Below, piece after piece: positions 40,896 to 56,030 of a stretch of 64,000 bases of DNA. Position 1 is the first letter of the stretch. Every line of letters starts with the position of its first letter. The translations under genes and the position numbers were made by a program. Under the pieces are notes generated by a model, which worked only from the letters and a program-made list of their open reading frames with translations, did not search any database and was not told where the DNA came from. The DNA is from the human T2T-CHM13v2.0 reference genome, Homo sapiens, in NCBI RefSeq assembly GCF_009914755.1, contig NC_060927.1, one strand, 5' to 3'.

Positions 40896-41405
40896 TGTGT
40901 GGTCTCAAGGAAACAGCCCACACCCAGTGATCCTCCTGATACCCATACCCTTGCGTAGTCCCCTCAAACACTGAATGAGGGTTGGTCTGTGTGGCAAATC
41001 AAATAGGTAAACGTGATAGTATGAGACTTCTGAAGCTAGGTCATAAAGACACTGCAACCTTTTCTTGCCTTGGTTCCTTGGATCACATGCTTGGGTGGAA
41101 GCCAGTCACTATGTCGCAGCACTTCAAAGGAACCTTGTGGAGACGCCCACATGGGGATGAGCCGAGGCCTCCCAACTGCAGCACCAACTTCCCAGCCATG
41201 TGAGTCCGGTGGAAACTCTAGCCCCAGTCAAATTTTAGATGATTTCAACCCTGCAACCTCATGAGAGACCACAAACCAGAACTACTCAACTACACCACTC
41301 CTAGATGCCTGACTCCAAGAAACTGTGAGATCATAAATGCTTAATGTTGTTTTAAGCCACTAAGTTTTGGAATAATTGTTTACTCAGCAGCAGCAAACTA
41401 GTACA
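40896..41405 (+). mobile_element. MaLR LTR (MLT1F-like)
   Basis: CATACCCTTGCGTAGTCCCCTC, CTAGGTCATAAAG, CAGCCATGTGAGT, GAAACTGTGAGATCATAAATG...TTTAAGCCACTAAGTTTTGG...AACTAGTACA. Confidence 0.8.
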
Positions 41406-41981
41406 AGAACAGAAAGATGGATCTGAGACTGGGTTTTCTCAACTAGTAGCAATTTTCCATAGTCACGTCACCTTCTTAGTATCTCAGATGACTCATCTGT
41501 GAAAGGAGCCATGGCAGTTCATCAAATCTTCAACACTTTTGGATATAAGATGCACTGTTGCTTTACAAATCACTAGAATAGCGAAAAATATTCAAATTCA
41601 GACAATCGATTCTAAGGTGCCTACTATTATTAGGGATGTACAATTGTGAGAAAGGGGAGCATCTTAAAAAAATCAATGAAATACAATTATTATACTTGTT
41701 CTGTCCACTACACAGAGATGGTGTAAGGATCAATGGAATAACAGATGAAAAGACTGGAAGGATGAAGGAACTTGATGGGCAGCATCCTGAAGCACCACAG
41801 CTTGAGAAGGGGAAATGACATTACAGTTATCCAAACTAGCTAATTAAACTGGCTCTGCTGGGCTTTGCCAACTCACTTTTAATGCTATTGCCTCAGGCTC
41901 CTATCACAATTTATACTCAAAATGACTGCTACAAAGCCCAGCTGAGAGGAAAAAAAACAGTCAAGGAGAACCATCTACAGC

Positions 41982-42154
41982 AGTGTTCCTTAAACCTGTT
42001 TGAGCATAAGAAATCACTTGGTGCCTTTGATAAATACACACCCAGGCCCCTTGCCTAGAGACTCTGATTCAGTAAATCTGCAGCTGGCATTGGAATCTGT
42101 ATTTTAACAAGGGCCCCAGGCAGTTCTTACGAACACACAAGTTTCAAAACACTG
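41982..42154. mobile_element. MER5-type hAT-Charlie MITE
   Basis: CAGTGTTCCTTAAAC ... CTCTGATTCAGTAAATCTG...GGAATCTGTATTTTAACAAG...GTTTCAAAACACTG, with terminal inverted repeats. Confidence 0.75.
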
Positions 42155-42434
42155 ATCTAAACAAGATAATATTGACACACTTACTGATATTTTTTCTTGG
42201 ATCAAACTGTAATAGAAAATCACAAACCTAGATTGCCTTAGTTACATCTCCTCCCCATATAAAAATGCTTTCAACTAAGTGAAAGATTTTACTGAAGGCC
42301 AATGCAAAAAACTTGTCTTACCAAGTAAAGTTTATCATCAGCTGGAAAACTTACTTAAGTGATGGCAAATTACACTATTCAATGTTTATAATATTTAAAA
42401 ATCTGCATAATAAGGATATGAAAGAGTATGTCTC

Positions 42435-42738
42435 GCCAGGTGCGGTGGGTCACGCCTGTAATCCCAGCACCTTGAGAGGCTGAGGCGGGCGGATCACGAG
42501 GTCAAGAGATTGAGACCAGCCTGGCCAACATGGTGAAACCCCATCGCTACTAAAAATACAAAAATTAGCTGGACGTGGTGGCGTGTGCCTGTAGTCCCAG
42601 CTACTCGGGAGGCTGGGGCAGGAGAATCACTTGGACCCGGGAGGCGGAGGTTGCAGTGAGCCGAGAGATCGAGCCACTGCACTCCAGCCTGGGCAACAGA
42701 ATGAAACTCTGCCTGGAAAAGAAAAAGGGGACCGGGGG
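42435..42738 (+). mobile_element. AluS (Sc/Sg-like) with a G-rich tail
   Basis: Dimeric Alu; tail AAAAGAAAAAGGGGACCGGGGGG; TSD AAGAGTATGTCT and AAGAGTACATCT. Confidence 0.92.
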
Positions 42739-44093
42739 GAAGAGTACATCTACTGACAGACCTGTCTCTTTTAAATCAATCAATAAAAGTTGCTAGGCAA
42801 CCATATTTTCCTTTTTTGCATAGACTGCCAGGAATCTTTTATCTAAAATTTATGCCCTCAAACAATAGCTATCTACCTATGTCAAATAAAACATTTCCTG
42901 TGAGATGTTAGCTTTGCCCTGTATTTTAATGGACACATTATAGTAAAATCTTTTTCCTTTAGACCTTTTTTTTTTTGGAAGAAAGCAGAAAACAAATTTT
43001 AAAGTCAATAATGTTAGGTCATTTTTGTTGTTGTTTCTAATCACATTCAGACTAAACAACTGTAACACAATTTCTAGCAATTCTTCCTTCAGTTGCTCAG
43101 GTTGTCTCCCCTCGTGGCAATCCCTTGGCCTGCTTTTAAAACACAAAACAAATGCTAACCCTATCTTGGCAAGGAAAGTCAATGACTCATTCAAGCCAAA
43201 GAGTTAAGAGACTAAACAAAAAATAATTTTAGCGCAGCTCCTCAAAAGGCTCTTCTTTTCTCTCTCAGATGTACAACATAATTTTCTGACAATCTGACGC
43301 AACTATGGCAGCACATTCAAGCCATTAAAAATCTTTTTTCTGCAAAAACAAAACAAAAACAAAAAACTTCCACTTCATTTTTAAACATCTCATTTGTGTG
43401 CCTTCAGTTTCGCAACAGAAATTCATCCTTGACCTAAACTTCTAAATATTCCACAAACAATAATTAAGTCACTAGGACCCTGCTGTGAAAAGGGCATTTT
43501 CTGACAGATGGGCTACGAAGTCAGAGCACAAAAATAGATTCTATGCTTTTCCAGCCTTACAGAGCAAGGAGACGTGGGGCAAGGGTTTCCATAATCAACC
43601 TTCAGAACAACCCTAGAACTCTGGGTGCACGTAGTGTCTCAAAAGGACATGACTAAGTTGTCAATACTTTAGAGCGTGGGATAGTGTTACTCGCTGTTGT
43701 TGCAATGAAGTTTTTCAATCTCCATGATTCTTCTCCTACCAGCCTGGCTGCCCAGGCTAACTTCACCCTCTTCTCCTTCTAGGGAAAGGTCTTTTCCTCT
43801 GTTGAGTCCTGCAGACTTCCCTCTCTTTCCATCAAGGCTAATCCCATCCTCCCCTGTATTCCCATGACACTCACAATATGGCATCACAAATGGTTGTCTC
43901 ATATGTCTGTCTCTGCTACTGAACCAAGCAGCTTGAGGTCAACGATCTCAGTTCATTCATCTTTGAATTGCAGGACCAATCACACTGCAGGTACATGGTA
44001 CATGGCAGGTACTCTGCCAATTTGTGTGAATGAATGAATCGAGTTCAGCAACACTGAGGTCCCTCAGATTCTCTGACTCAAATCCAGTTATGA

Positions 44094-44281
44094 GGCCGGG
44101 CATGGTGGCTCACACCTATAGTCCCAGCTACTCAGGAGGCTGATGTAGGAGAATCGCTTGAACCCAGGAAGTGGAAGTTGCAGTGAGCCAAGATCATGCC
44201 ATTGCACTCCAGCCCAGACGACAAAGCGAGACTGCATCTCAAAAAAAAAAAACCAAACAAAACAAAACAAACAAAAAAAAC
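44094..44281 (+). mobile_element. Monomer-length Alu (left-arm start fused to an AluS right arm)
   Basis: GGCCGGGCATGGTGGCTCACACCTATAGTCCCAGCTACTC...CATCTC plus A-rich tail; perfect 15-bp TSD CAAATCCAGTTATGA (44079-44093, 44282-44296). Confidence 0.9.
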
Positions 44282-44517
44282 CAAATCCAGTTATGATGCA
44301 AATAAGGACATGAGGACTGAGGAAGTAATTTTCCCCAGTTATATCAAAAAAAAAAAAAAAAGAAGAAGAAAGAAAAAAGACAAAAATCCAGATTTTCTCA
44401 TCCCCATTCCACTGCTTTTCTATCATGCCTCCTCTTTGCACATGCTGTTTCTCCTGTGGGGCCACTCCTTTTTGTGTCTTCTGCCACTACTTTTCCGACC
44501 TTCCTGAGGTTTCTTAG

Positions 44518-45029
<512 letters not shown>

Positions 45030-45098
45030 GATTGTTCACATTTTATTTGGCCAGGGATCTTTAGAAAGTGTCTTTTAACAAAAAAAAAAAAAAAAAAA

Positions 45099-45436
<338 letters not shown>

Positions 45437-46287
45437 TTATTCCACTTAATCCAGAAAAATGCTAGGCCCTGATTCCCAAAACACTTATAGATTCCAGAAA
45501 AAAATGATGACAATTTGATCTAATTTCTTAAAACATTTTAACCGTCTGTTGGTCTAAAACTATTTATTAAGACATCAAGAATCATTTTCAGTCTTAACTC
45601 TGGAATTAAACTAAAAAATTTAGATGAATCACTTCTACTATTGTCTCTGTTCTACCTTTGCTTAAATATAACAAAACTCTGCCAACTTACAGATTTACTA
45701 GCCTTGATCCTAGAATTCATGGTGAAAAACCTGACCTCCTTTGGAAGATCAAGAAGAAGAAAGATTGGGGGAAAAAAAAAAAAAAGGCCTTCCCTCAGAC
45801 AAAAAGCTTTTGATTACAGGATGTCACTATTTTCAGAATGTTCTTAGCACATTCCCAGTGAAGCACCATCATATCCTCCCTCTCTGGAGATGAAAAAAAG
45901 TCCCACCACTTCTAAGCTGGGTGTCTCTGAGGTGTTGGAGTGAGGCAATAGTGAGGTCAGAGAGTATGGTTATATGCTCTGGTTTGTTTCTGAGTGGATG
46001 GAACTGGGTTATAAATCAAGAGATCTAATTATAGACATAGCTGTATCCCTCCCTGGACCTCAGCTTCCTTTAATATTAAATAGAGGGCATTCCTTGAAGG
46101 TAGCATTCTGTGACTCCCTAACAGAGATAATCTCAGAGCATGTTTCTGAAAAAGCAGAAAATGGACCAAATGTCTTTAGGGAGTTCACTCTATTTTACTT
46201 TTGCTACGGAAACCCAAGGGTGTCTGGCACCCACCCCAAGCCATTGCGTCACCCAGACCTCTAACACACAAAAGCAGCCTGGGTGCT

Positions 46288-46683
46288 TGTTATGGGCTAA
46301 GTTGTGGACTCACAAATTCTTATGTTGAAGCCCTAACTCCCAGTAACCTCAGAATATTATTGTATTTGGAAATACAGCCTTTAAAGAAGTGATTAAATTA
46401 AAATGAGGCTGTTAGAGGGAGTCCTAATTCAATCTGACTGGTAGTCTTATAAGAAGAGATATCTGGATGCACAAGGGTGCACAAACACAGAAGGCGGCCA
46501 TGTGAGGACACAGCAAGCAGGCGGCCGTCTGCAAGCCACGGAGAGGGGCCTCAGGAGAAACCACACCTACTGACACCTTGAACTTAGATTTCCAGCCTCC
46601 AGAACTGTGAGAAAACAAATTTCTGCTGTTTAAGCTACCCTGTCTGTGGTATTTTGCTACGGCAGACTTAGCAAGCTAATACA
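46288..46683 (+). mobile_element. MaLR solo LTR (MLT1B-like)
   Basis: TGTTATGGGCT...TATGTTGAAGCCCTAAC...GCCATGTGAGGACACAGC...TTCCAGCCTCCAGAACTGTGAGAAAACAAATTTCTG...CTAATACA. Confidence 0.88.
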
Positions 46684-47839
46684 ACACTGAACAGATTTAA
46701 CTGTTTACATGGATCAATCATCCTGCCTAGGTTTCTCCTTGCTCTAAAGAAAAGACTTTCATCTTAATGCTGGTAGCTAATTTTCCCAAGGTCACACAGT
46801 TACTTAGTGTCAGAAGAGGTACTCCAACAGGGCTCATGGGAAGAAACACGTACCTCAGACATCTGTACTTTTTTCTTCTTAAAAAATGCAGATGATACAA
46901 AACACCAAAACACTTGGCATAGACATCCAAACGGCATACATCAAAGACCATACCCAGGGTATGGCCATAATGCTTGAAGAACCCATTTTACATCAGGATT
47001 ATGACATTGAAGAACTAAAAAATACATGTTTAAAATATGCCCTGTTTGAGTCCAGAACTATGTCAGCATCTCTTGACCAGAGTAAGTATTAGCAGTTCTT
47101 GTTTCACCCTAGAAAGCCCACACGTTTCCTCCCGAGAGAGCTCTCCATTGCTACTTACTCTTCTCTGAGAGGTTTTCTTTCCCAAAGGGGCCTTCTGAAG
47201 TTTGTAAACATGGAGAGACATTCCCACATAAACATGCCTATTGTTAAGAGTAAAAGCACACATCAGTCTCAGCCACAGCACTGGAACATGTCTCCGTCTC
47301 GGCTCCTGGTCACACTCAAGGCCTGAACAGGCCATCCTCCACCCCTGTCCCACCTGGGCTTCCCACCAAGCACAAGACGCAGCTCAAGGGGAGAACGAGC
47401 TGCGGATCTGCAATAGTTCATCATTCCGAGGCCCCTTGGCACAGAGGCATTAAGATGAGCTCCTGGGAGAGAACCGAATGGAGGAATCCTGTAGCAAACC
47501 TTGATTGTCAGACCTGAATCAAGGAAAGGGCTCTCGCTCACTGGTTTCCAAATGACAATCCCTGAATGAGTCTGGGCCGTCTGCATCTGAATCATCTCAA
47601 AAGGTTTTGCAAAAAATATAGATTCCAAAACGCCATCCTAGGACATTCCATATCATGAGTCTCCGGCTTTAGATTCTGTATTTTTAAATGATCCCCAGGT
47701 GATTGTCTAATTTGAGAAACACACACACATATTATAGTTGAAAGAAAACAACTGAGAAGTAGCCAGTGCCAACAAATCACAGTTCATATCAAGTCAGTAT
47801 CAGAAACATCAGAAACCTGGAGGTACCGCCCATCTATTT

Positions 47840-48680
<841 letters not shown>

Positions 48681-51189
48681 CTTTCCAATGTTTCTGTCAT
48701 GCCAAGAATGAAGTAGAAATTAGAGATACAAAAATACATACATGATTTTGACTCTGCCCTCATGGAATCTTGGAGCAGGGATAGAAGAGAGAACCCAAGT
48801 ATCCACTGTATTATATGCCTTTTTTGAAGTCAAACTAGTGAATGCCCATTTAGGTTAGGAGCAGAGGCACATAGTGTACTGAGTTACAAGTCAAAAAAGC
48901 CTGGGTTTGAGACCCTACTTTCCCACTTTTAGCTATGTACACCACTTAGCCACTAAGTTACGACCTTTTTCTTTTACAAAATGAAAATTACTTATGACTT
49001 CATGATGGTGAGGGGGTGGATTGGGAGGCAAGGATTTTGTGAGGGCTAAAGAAGATAAAGTACATGACTGCTGGAAAAAATAGCTGAGTGCTATAAATAT
49101 TAACAATTACAATTACTAGCATGGTTATAAGCAAAAATATATACATATCAGAAGGTGAAGAGGTCAATACAAACAGGTCACCTTAATTCCTTTTGCATGT
49201 ACCCACTCTGGATTTACGTACCTTCCTTCTAGGAGCAAAACAGCCTTCTGTTTCTCTCTGGGGCACTCTTCTTCCTGCTCCAAACTATGTTTTCTTTCTG
49301 CTAAACCTATCCTACCTGTGGTGTTCCTGGCAATTAGAACTGGATGGGCCCTGTAAAATGTACTTAAACAAGTGCCCAAATGTTACTTCATCAAGCAACT
49401 CATCTTGAAGACTTAATTGCTCCCTAAATGTTTAAATGTCCATTTACATTGAAGGTGACAGTAAGAAGAAATAGCACATAAATATAGAAGTTTCTGGAAA
49501 TATTTTGTATTTGCAGGTATGTCTACATATACATATATGTGTCTGTGTGTGTGTATATTATTTACCTAAGTCTAGATCTAGATATATGTAAAAACAAACT
49601 AGCAAGACAGAATTCTACTGTCATCAGAATGGGAGCTTTCCCAGAGCTCCAGAGGAAGGAATTTGATTCAGAGTATAGCCGCTAAAGAAAATGTCAATCT
49701 ATATGTCAATCTATACAGAAAACAACCTTCTAACCACCTAGGAGCATAAAAGTATTTGAGAAAGTTCATTCTCAATTCTTTTTCAAATCCCTTTCTCATC
49801 TTTTCCCAGTATGTTCAGACTTTTTAAAGAGATTCAAAAAATTCCGTTTTAGGGAAACTCACTGTGGAGAAGCATGTAACATGAAACCACCCCACAGCCA
49901 CTGCAGGTAAAAAATAAAAAGCATCCCTATGCAGAGATAAGAAAAGAGATTGGAAAACAATATTTAAAATTCCTCCAACCATTGGTGGGTAGAAGACATA
50001 CTTCAATAAAAATGTTTCAAAAAGAGATATCTTTAGCCAATAAGCCAAAAATCTAAAGATCATTATAAGTCTAATGTCCCCTGCAGATATAAAAGATGAT
50101 CATGAGAGGGAACACAAAAATTCGAGGCGTTCAAGTTTCAGAAAGCCACCTGCAGTGTTCCCCTTTCTGCAGAAAAGGGCAAATAACTGAAATTAGAAAC
50201 ATACATATTACACATTTTCAAAGTCAACCAAAAGGACCAGTATTTTGTTCAAAATGAAAAAGAAAATCAAAGCTCCTTTATTGAATTCAACCACCGTAAC
50301 TTTGTGCTTGGGAGTATGACAAAGACTTTTTTCTCTTTTTTCTTTTTTTTTTTTTTTTTTTTTTTGCTTTTCCTAGAACCTCCCTCTGAAGCTAAGTCGT
50401 GGTATCCAGAGAGCGTTATTGGGAGAGTTCCCAATTTAGTTTCCAGCGCAATCCCTCTAAGCCTAGAAAACTCAGAGACTGTTCGCAAGAGCATCACTTG
50501 TTAGAAACAGATGAGTGAGGCGCTATGGTAGAAAGTTTCTCGTGGTGGGAGGTGACCAGCTGAATCTCCCCAGATGACTTAATGAGAAAAAAACTGCTAA
50601 AACATGGTATTCATATGGGCCTCTTAAGCTCCCTTGATCAGTAGAACAGTCAGATAAATCAGAGGCTTTGGATAGGCAACTGCTGAACAGATGAAGACCA
50701 GGAAGATGAGGTTTTAGTTGGTTAAGACAACTTCTTGGAAACTTTTCCCGCCTGAAGATTGTTACACACAAATACTTCCCTGCAATCATTGGGAGCTTCC
50801 AAGTTGTTCCTTTTAATTAACACCAAAGCTTATAGACAAGAGGCAGGTTGTGGAAAATATTTTATAGAAAGCAAAATCAGCATACCATTTGTATAGTGGA
50901 CAGAACATGGGTTTTAGATTTAAAGACCTAGGAGTGAATTCACATGTTCTGTCACATAGTAGTTGACTGACTTAGATAACCAATCCTTCCAGGCACCAGT
51001 TACCTCTATCTCTTAAAAAAGGAGGAGAGGGCAACACATTATTTTGAAAACAAAATAATTATCTACATGAAAAGCACTTTGGATGAAGTAAGGGAACCAC
51101 ACAGTCAATGAGACCAGCCTGCAAACTTAAACAGTGCCAGGCTAGCTGGCAAAACAGAACACATGCATGCTAAAACAATATAAGGCAGG

Positions 51190-51702
51190 TGTAGCAGCCA
51201 GCCTGCCAGGTGGCCCCTAACAACCCCACCTTCGGGTATTCACACCCTTAAGTAGTCACCTCTCACCTTGTATCAAAGGTAGCAGTCAGTGTAACAAATA
51301 AGCGTGATGGTTTTTACATCCAAGATTGGGTTATAAAAGGCATTGCAGCTTCAATCTTAGTCTTTTGTCTGTCTGTCTTTCTCTCATCACTCACTTTAGA
51401 AAAGCCATCTGACATGATGTTGAGTAGCGCTATGGGGAGGACAAAGTGAAGAAGAAGTGAGATCTCCTGCCAAGAGCCTCACAGGCGAGCTTGGAAGTGG
51501 ATACTCCAGCCCAGTCAAGTGTTCCAAAGGCTGCGGCTCTGGCCGATAGCTTGAACACAACCTTATGAGCAACTCTGAGCCAGAGCCACCTGCTAAGCCA
51601 CTCCCAGATTCCTGACCCTCGGAAACTATGGGAGATAATATGTATTTGTTGTTTTACAGTGTGGAGTAATCTGTTACACAGCAATAGGTAACTAATAATA
51701 CA
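51190..51702 (+). mobile_element. MaLR LTR (MLT1F-like)
   Basis: TGTAGCAGCCAGCCTGCCAGGTGGCCCC...TATTCACACCCT...GAGCTTGGAAGTGGAT..TCCAGCCCAGTCAAG...GCTAAGCCACTCCCAGATTCCTGACCC...AATACA. Confidence 0.82.
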
Positions 51703-54700
51703 TTAGGCTTCGCTAGGAGTTGCTAGGGTTTGGAAGAGCAAGAAATCCCTAAAGGTTAGGGGTTCTTTGTCAAAGGAACATGTTTTGAAGGAAGGATGAG
51801 TTTGTAAGAAGTGGTAGAGTGTAATATGCTGTAGACATGAGTAGAAGTGAACCAGGCAGAGGGGTGAGAGGGTTTCAGAAAAGCTCCGTGGGCAGTGGGT
51901 CAAGAGCCAGGGATGGCAGGCCAGAGTGTCTACGCTTTATACAGGCAATGGAGCACAAGCAGGGTGCTTGAGCAAGGAGATGACTGGGAAGTAGCTAGGA
52001 GGGCGCCACTCGGGGGGCATATAAAAGATGAAATAGCTGTTGTAAAACCAGAGGCAGAGAGGTCAACCAGGAGCCTTCTGTAACGACCCTGTGGGGGAAA
52101 TAAAGAGCTGAACTGGGGCACAGCTGAAGTAGGAATGGATTGAAGAGATGAATGGGAAGTACGGCAGGAACATGGTCTACCACGTTGAACACTGGCCTCC
52201 CACGGCTGCCCGTCAGAGCCAGAGGTTTCTAACCACTCACTTGGTCATTGAATATGTGTGCATATTTAGTTCTGTGCCTGAGGACAAAGCTACCACAGGA
52301 CACATTTTTCAGTCAAAGCACCACCATTCATGCATATAACATGCTGTTCTGGTATACAATGCATTGCACCACAAAATTAATGCCATAAATATTGTAGACG
52401 TTATAGACACAAAATTATAGTAACTATGTAAGCTTCGTTTCCTCTTAAATCAACTCGGCCACAAGAACTGACTCCAAATTACACTATCTTTAATAAAATG
52501 AAGCCAACTAATAATAATGATAATAAAAGAGAACACATGGAAGTAATACAGAGAAAATTCAAAAAATAATCCTTTATAACACTGACAGGTCTGAGGAGGA
52601 AAGGCCTGAAGAACAATATTAGTATTATCAATCTCATCAAGTCATCCTATGTAACAAAAGAAAAATCATCAATGGAGATTCAAGGAACATTCAGATCCAG
52701 GGATTTTTTGGTTCTTTGGGAAGTGGACACGGTCCAATTACTCCAAGGTTGTCACATCCACTGTGCATGTTAAGTGCAGTTAGGGCCATTCTTGTGGAAA
52801 TTATGGCAGGAAAACTGACAAAAGGACCCTAGCCTTTGGCAGACTGTGTCTTTGACTAACAGAAGTCTTAAGAGACTGGAGGTAAAGAAGTTATCATGCC
52901 CTTGGGGTGAAAAGAGCACATGTGGCCTTTCCTTCCCAGATACACAAGGTTAGTGCCCAGCTAGCTTAGAATGCATGGGAGGTCTTTTAGCCTACACTCA
53001 TTTTGTAGTTAGGAAAATTGAGGCTGAGAAAGTTAAAGCTACTAGCTCAGGTCACAGAGCCTGAAGATTACATGAGGGCTAGCATCCAGATTTACTAAGG
53101 GAATAACATGATTCAACCCTGGACAGGGAGAGGCTCAATCACCCACATTGGGAGCTTGCTAAAGGATCCTCTGTCACTAAGTTAGTCCTGTCAGTGGAAC
53201 TACAAAAGACAAGTGCTGAAAGAAAGCTCCTTTCTGTCTTTGACATGTCAGAGTGGAATGCTCATCAGCTTTCTTATGAGGAACAAGTGCTAAGAACCCA
53301 GCTTGAGTAAGCTATGCTTCTCTGCTTGCTATGATCAGACAAGGAGACTGTCATCACAGCGTAGAGGCCAGTCCTGCTAACATCATACTGTGCTGGGACC
53401 ACAGAGATGCTCAGCAAGCGTCCTTTTAGATTAAAAAGCAATAGAGGTAGGGACATTTGCTCATGAAAGTTGGACATGATAAATTCACAGAAATATAAAC
53501 ATATCTCTACTTGGGAAACAGTGACGTCTGTATACAGTATGTACATATAAATAGCAAGACAGCTGGGTCAGGGAAGAGAGAGTCCCTCTCCGCCCTAAAA
53601 ATTGTAACAGAAAACCTATATTCACTTTCTGGCTTTACCACTTAGCCATGTAACCTGCAGGTTATTTCACTTCCTGGAGGCCTGTTTACCCAAATTATAA
53701 AATAGAAATAAATATCCTCTTCTTTGCCAACCTGTCAAAAAGACTGCAAGAGAGAAGTACCTACACAGCCCCCAGCCCAGCCTCATAAGCAGCCATGGCA
53801 ACCCTCCATGCACGATCAGACAAGGAGCCTCTTGAAACGTATGCTCCGTTTGTATATGAGTCCCACACTACCAGACTTGGGCCAGAGCACCTGTCCTCCC
53901 AGCCCCGGAACTCCCACTCCTCCTCTCCTACCATGCTTACTTCATCTGCCGATTATGAAATGTGCTATTTCTGTCCAGGTTTTGATTTCTGCTCAACTTT
54001 TTTCTTTCTAGTTCTGCCTCTCTTAGCTAGAAACCTATCCTGATCCACCTGAATCCCCGGGTGCCGCAGCCTCGCCAGCCCACGGGGCATCTAATGCAGC
54101 CAGGCACTCTCACTTACGTTGTCCTTCCCTCTGTGATGATGAAGCCTGGACACATAATGTCCCATTAACATTCAAGCTTATTTTTATTTTACTTCCATAC
54201 TTTTTGGAGGCAAGGAGTGTAGACAGCTTTGGCTGCCCTGAATGTTAGTTGGTGCTCATGTGAATTAAATGTCCCTATCTTCATCACCCTGTCATGAGAT
54301 GGATGCTCCCACTCATGTGGTTGTTTCAGAGGCAGAAGTATCTCTTCCCAAAACCTCTGCCAATCTCTAGTTGCCTCTCCCCACTGCTGTGCTCTTTAGC
54401 TTCCCCTGTCCCTTCCTTTCACCAACTTATAAGTAAATGAGCAGATGCAAAAGCTTAAAACGTAATCCAAAGACCACCCATCCACTTCTGTGTACAAGCA
54501 CATGTCTCCTGATATCTCTCCCCTCTGGCAGATGGGGCCAGCACAAGCTCTTGAAGGAGATTAGGTGGAGCCCTGGGACACCTCTCAAACAGAGCTCCCC
54601 AATTCTGATGGGCTGGAGGCTCCAGGGCGAGAGGAAATGCTTCAACACCCTTTCCCATCAACCTGACCCCTTCTTCACATTAACTCTTAGGGCCTGATTC

Positions 54701-55721
54701 CAGCCTGTTCCTTCACAAGGACACCATTCACATACAACCGTATTTTGCCTGAAAAAGAGAAACCTGAATAAGCCAAGAGCCCCCCTTTGATGTGTAGGAG
54801 AAAGTCTGTTTCCAAGCCTCCCATCTCTCGGCCAGGCGGTTGGCAGCCTCTTTCTCTTTTTTCCTCCCAAGGAAGGCCAACATGATTAAAGCTCTGCCCC
54901 TTTCGTTCCCACTTGGAACTTTTACAACTGGTGATTAACAGCCACTTAAACAAGAGTGATTCTCTACTCACTATAGATTTGGCTGCTAAGTACATTTGAT
55001 TCAAAAGTAAAAGAAACATGTATTCATTGTCTCACTTCCTTGGGAAACTCGGAAGTTGCAGACTAAATGATGAAGAAACCTACAGAAAAGTAACAGAAGG
55101 ATTATAGGGTGACTGGCACATGTTCCTCAAATGACATAAATTACTGAGTAAGGTTTTCTTTCCCTTTATAATTAAGAGCCAGGGTAAAAGTAAACTCCGA
55201 CCGCTTTCATCAGTTACATGTCACAGGAAGGACAATGTACCATTCCTAAGTCAGGCAACTGCCTTTCGCATCCCCAAAGGTTCTCATTTCACTGTAGAGC
55301 CAAGGGTGAGCTTTGTGGTAGAGAACGTTTTGCAGCTATGAATCACAATTCCCACGAAGAAGTGTTTCCTCTCCACTCCCTGACTTGCTGAGCATCCTCA
55401 TCTATGCTCCTATGCTCCAATTTTAAATTCCCATCACAAGACCGAAGAGTCACAAAGGTGAGCAAATCCTCCAGCTCTGCTCCTTAGCCCATAATTCTCG
55501 CCTCAGCTCTGAATGTTCCACACCCTAACGGGTTGATAATCTCTGCCTTCACCACAGTGCTCAGAAGGGCCTTAAGGAAAGGGCAACAGAGACTGAAATG
55601 TCAAATATCACTCTGATCTACTTCATTTCCCTCCACCAGAGGCTCAGAAAGAGTGGTACACAGGAGTCCACATTATTTTATGCTCTAAAATAATGCCAGA
55701 GGCCAGGGGCCAGTGGCTGGG

Positions 55722-56030
55722 GGCCAGGCGCGGTGGCTCATGCCTATAGTCCCTGCACTTTGGGAGACTGAGGTAGGGGGATTGCTTGAGGCCAGGAGTT
55801 CGAGATCAGCCTGGGCAATACAGTGAGACCCTGTCTCTACAAAAAATAAAAAATAACTTAACTGGGCATTAGTGGCACACACCTGTAGTCCCAGCTGCTT
55901 GGGAGGCTGAGGTGGGAGAATCACTTGAGCCCCTGGAGGTTAAGGATGCAGTGAACCATGATCATGCCACTGTACTCCAGCCTGAGACCCTGTCTCAAAA
56001 CTATATATATGAAATAAAATAAAATAAAAT
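55722..56030 (+). mobile_element. AluJ-type element
   Basis: GATTGCTTGAGGCCAGGAGTTCGAGATCAGCCTGGGCAATACAGTGAGACCC J-type diagnostics; short deletion near the 3' end; AT-rich tail. Confidence 0.9.

Noticed and set aside
49691-49715. 12-bp direct repeat ATGTCAATCTAT x2
   Set aside because: Ordinary micro-duplication with no evident consequence.
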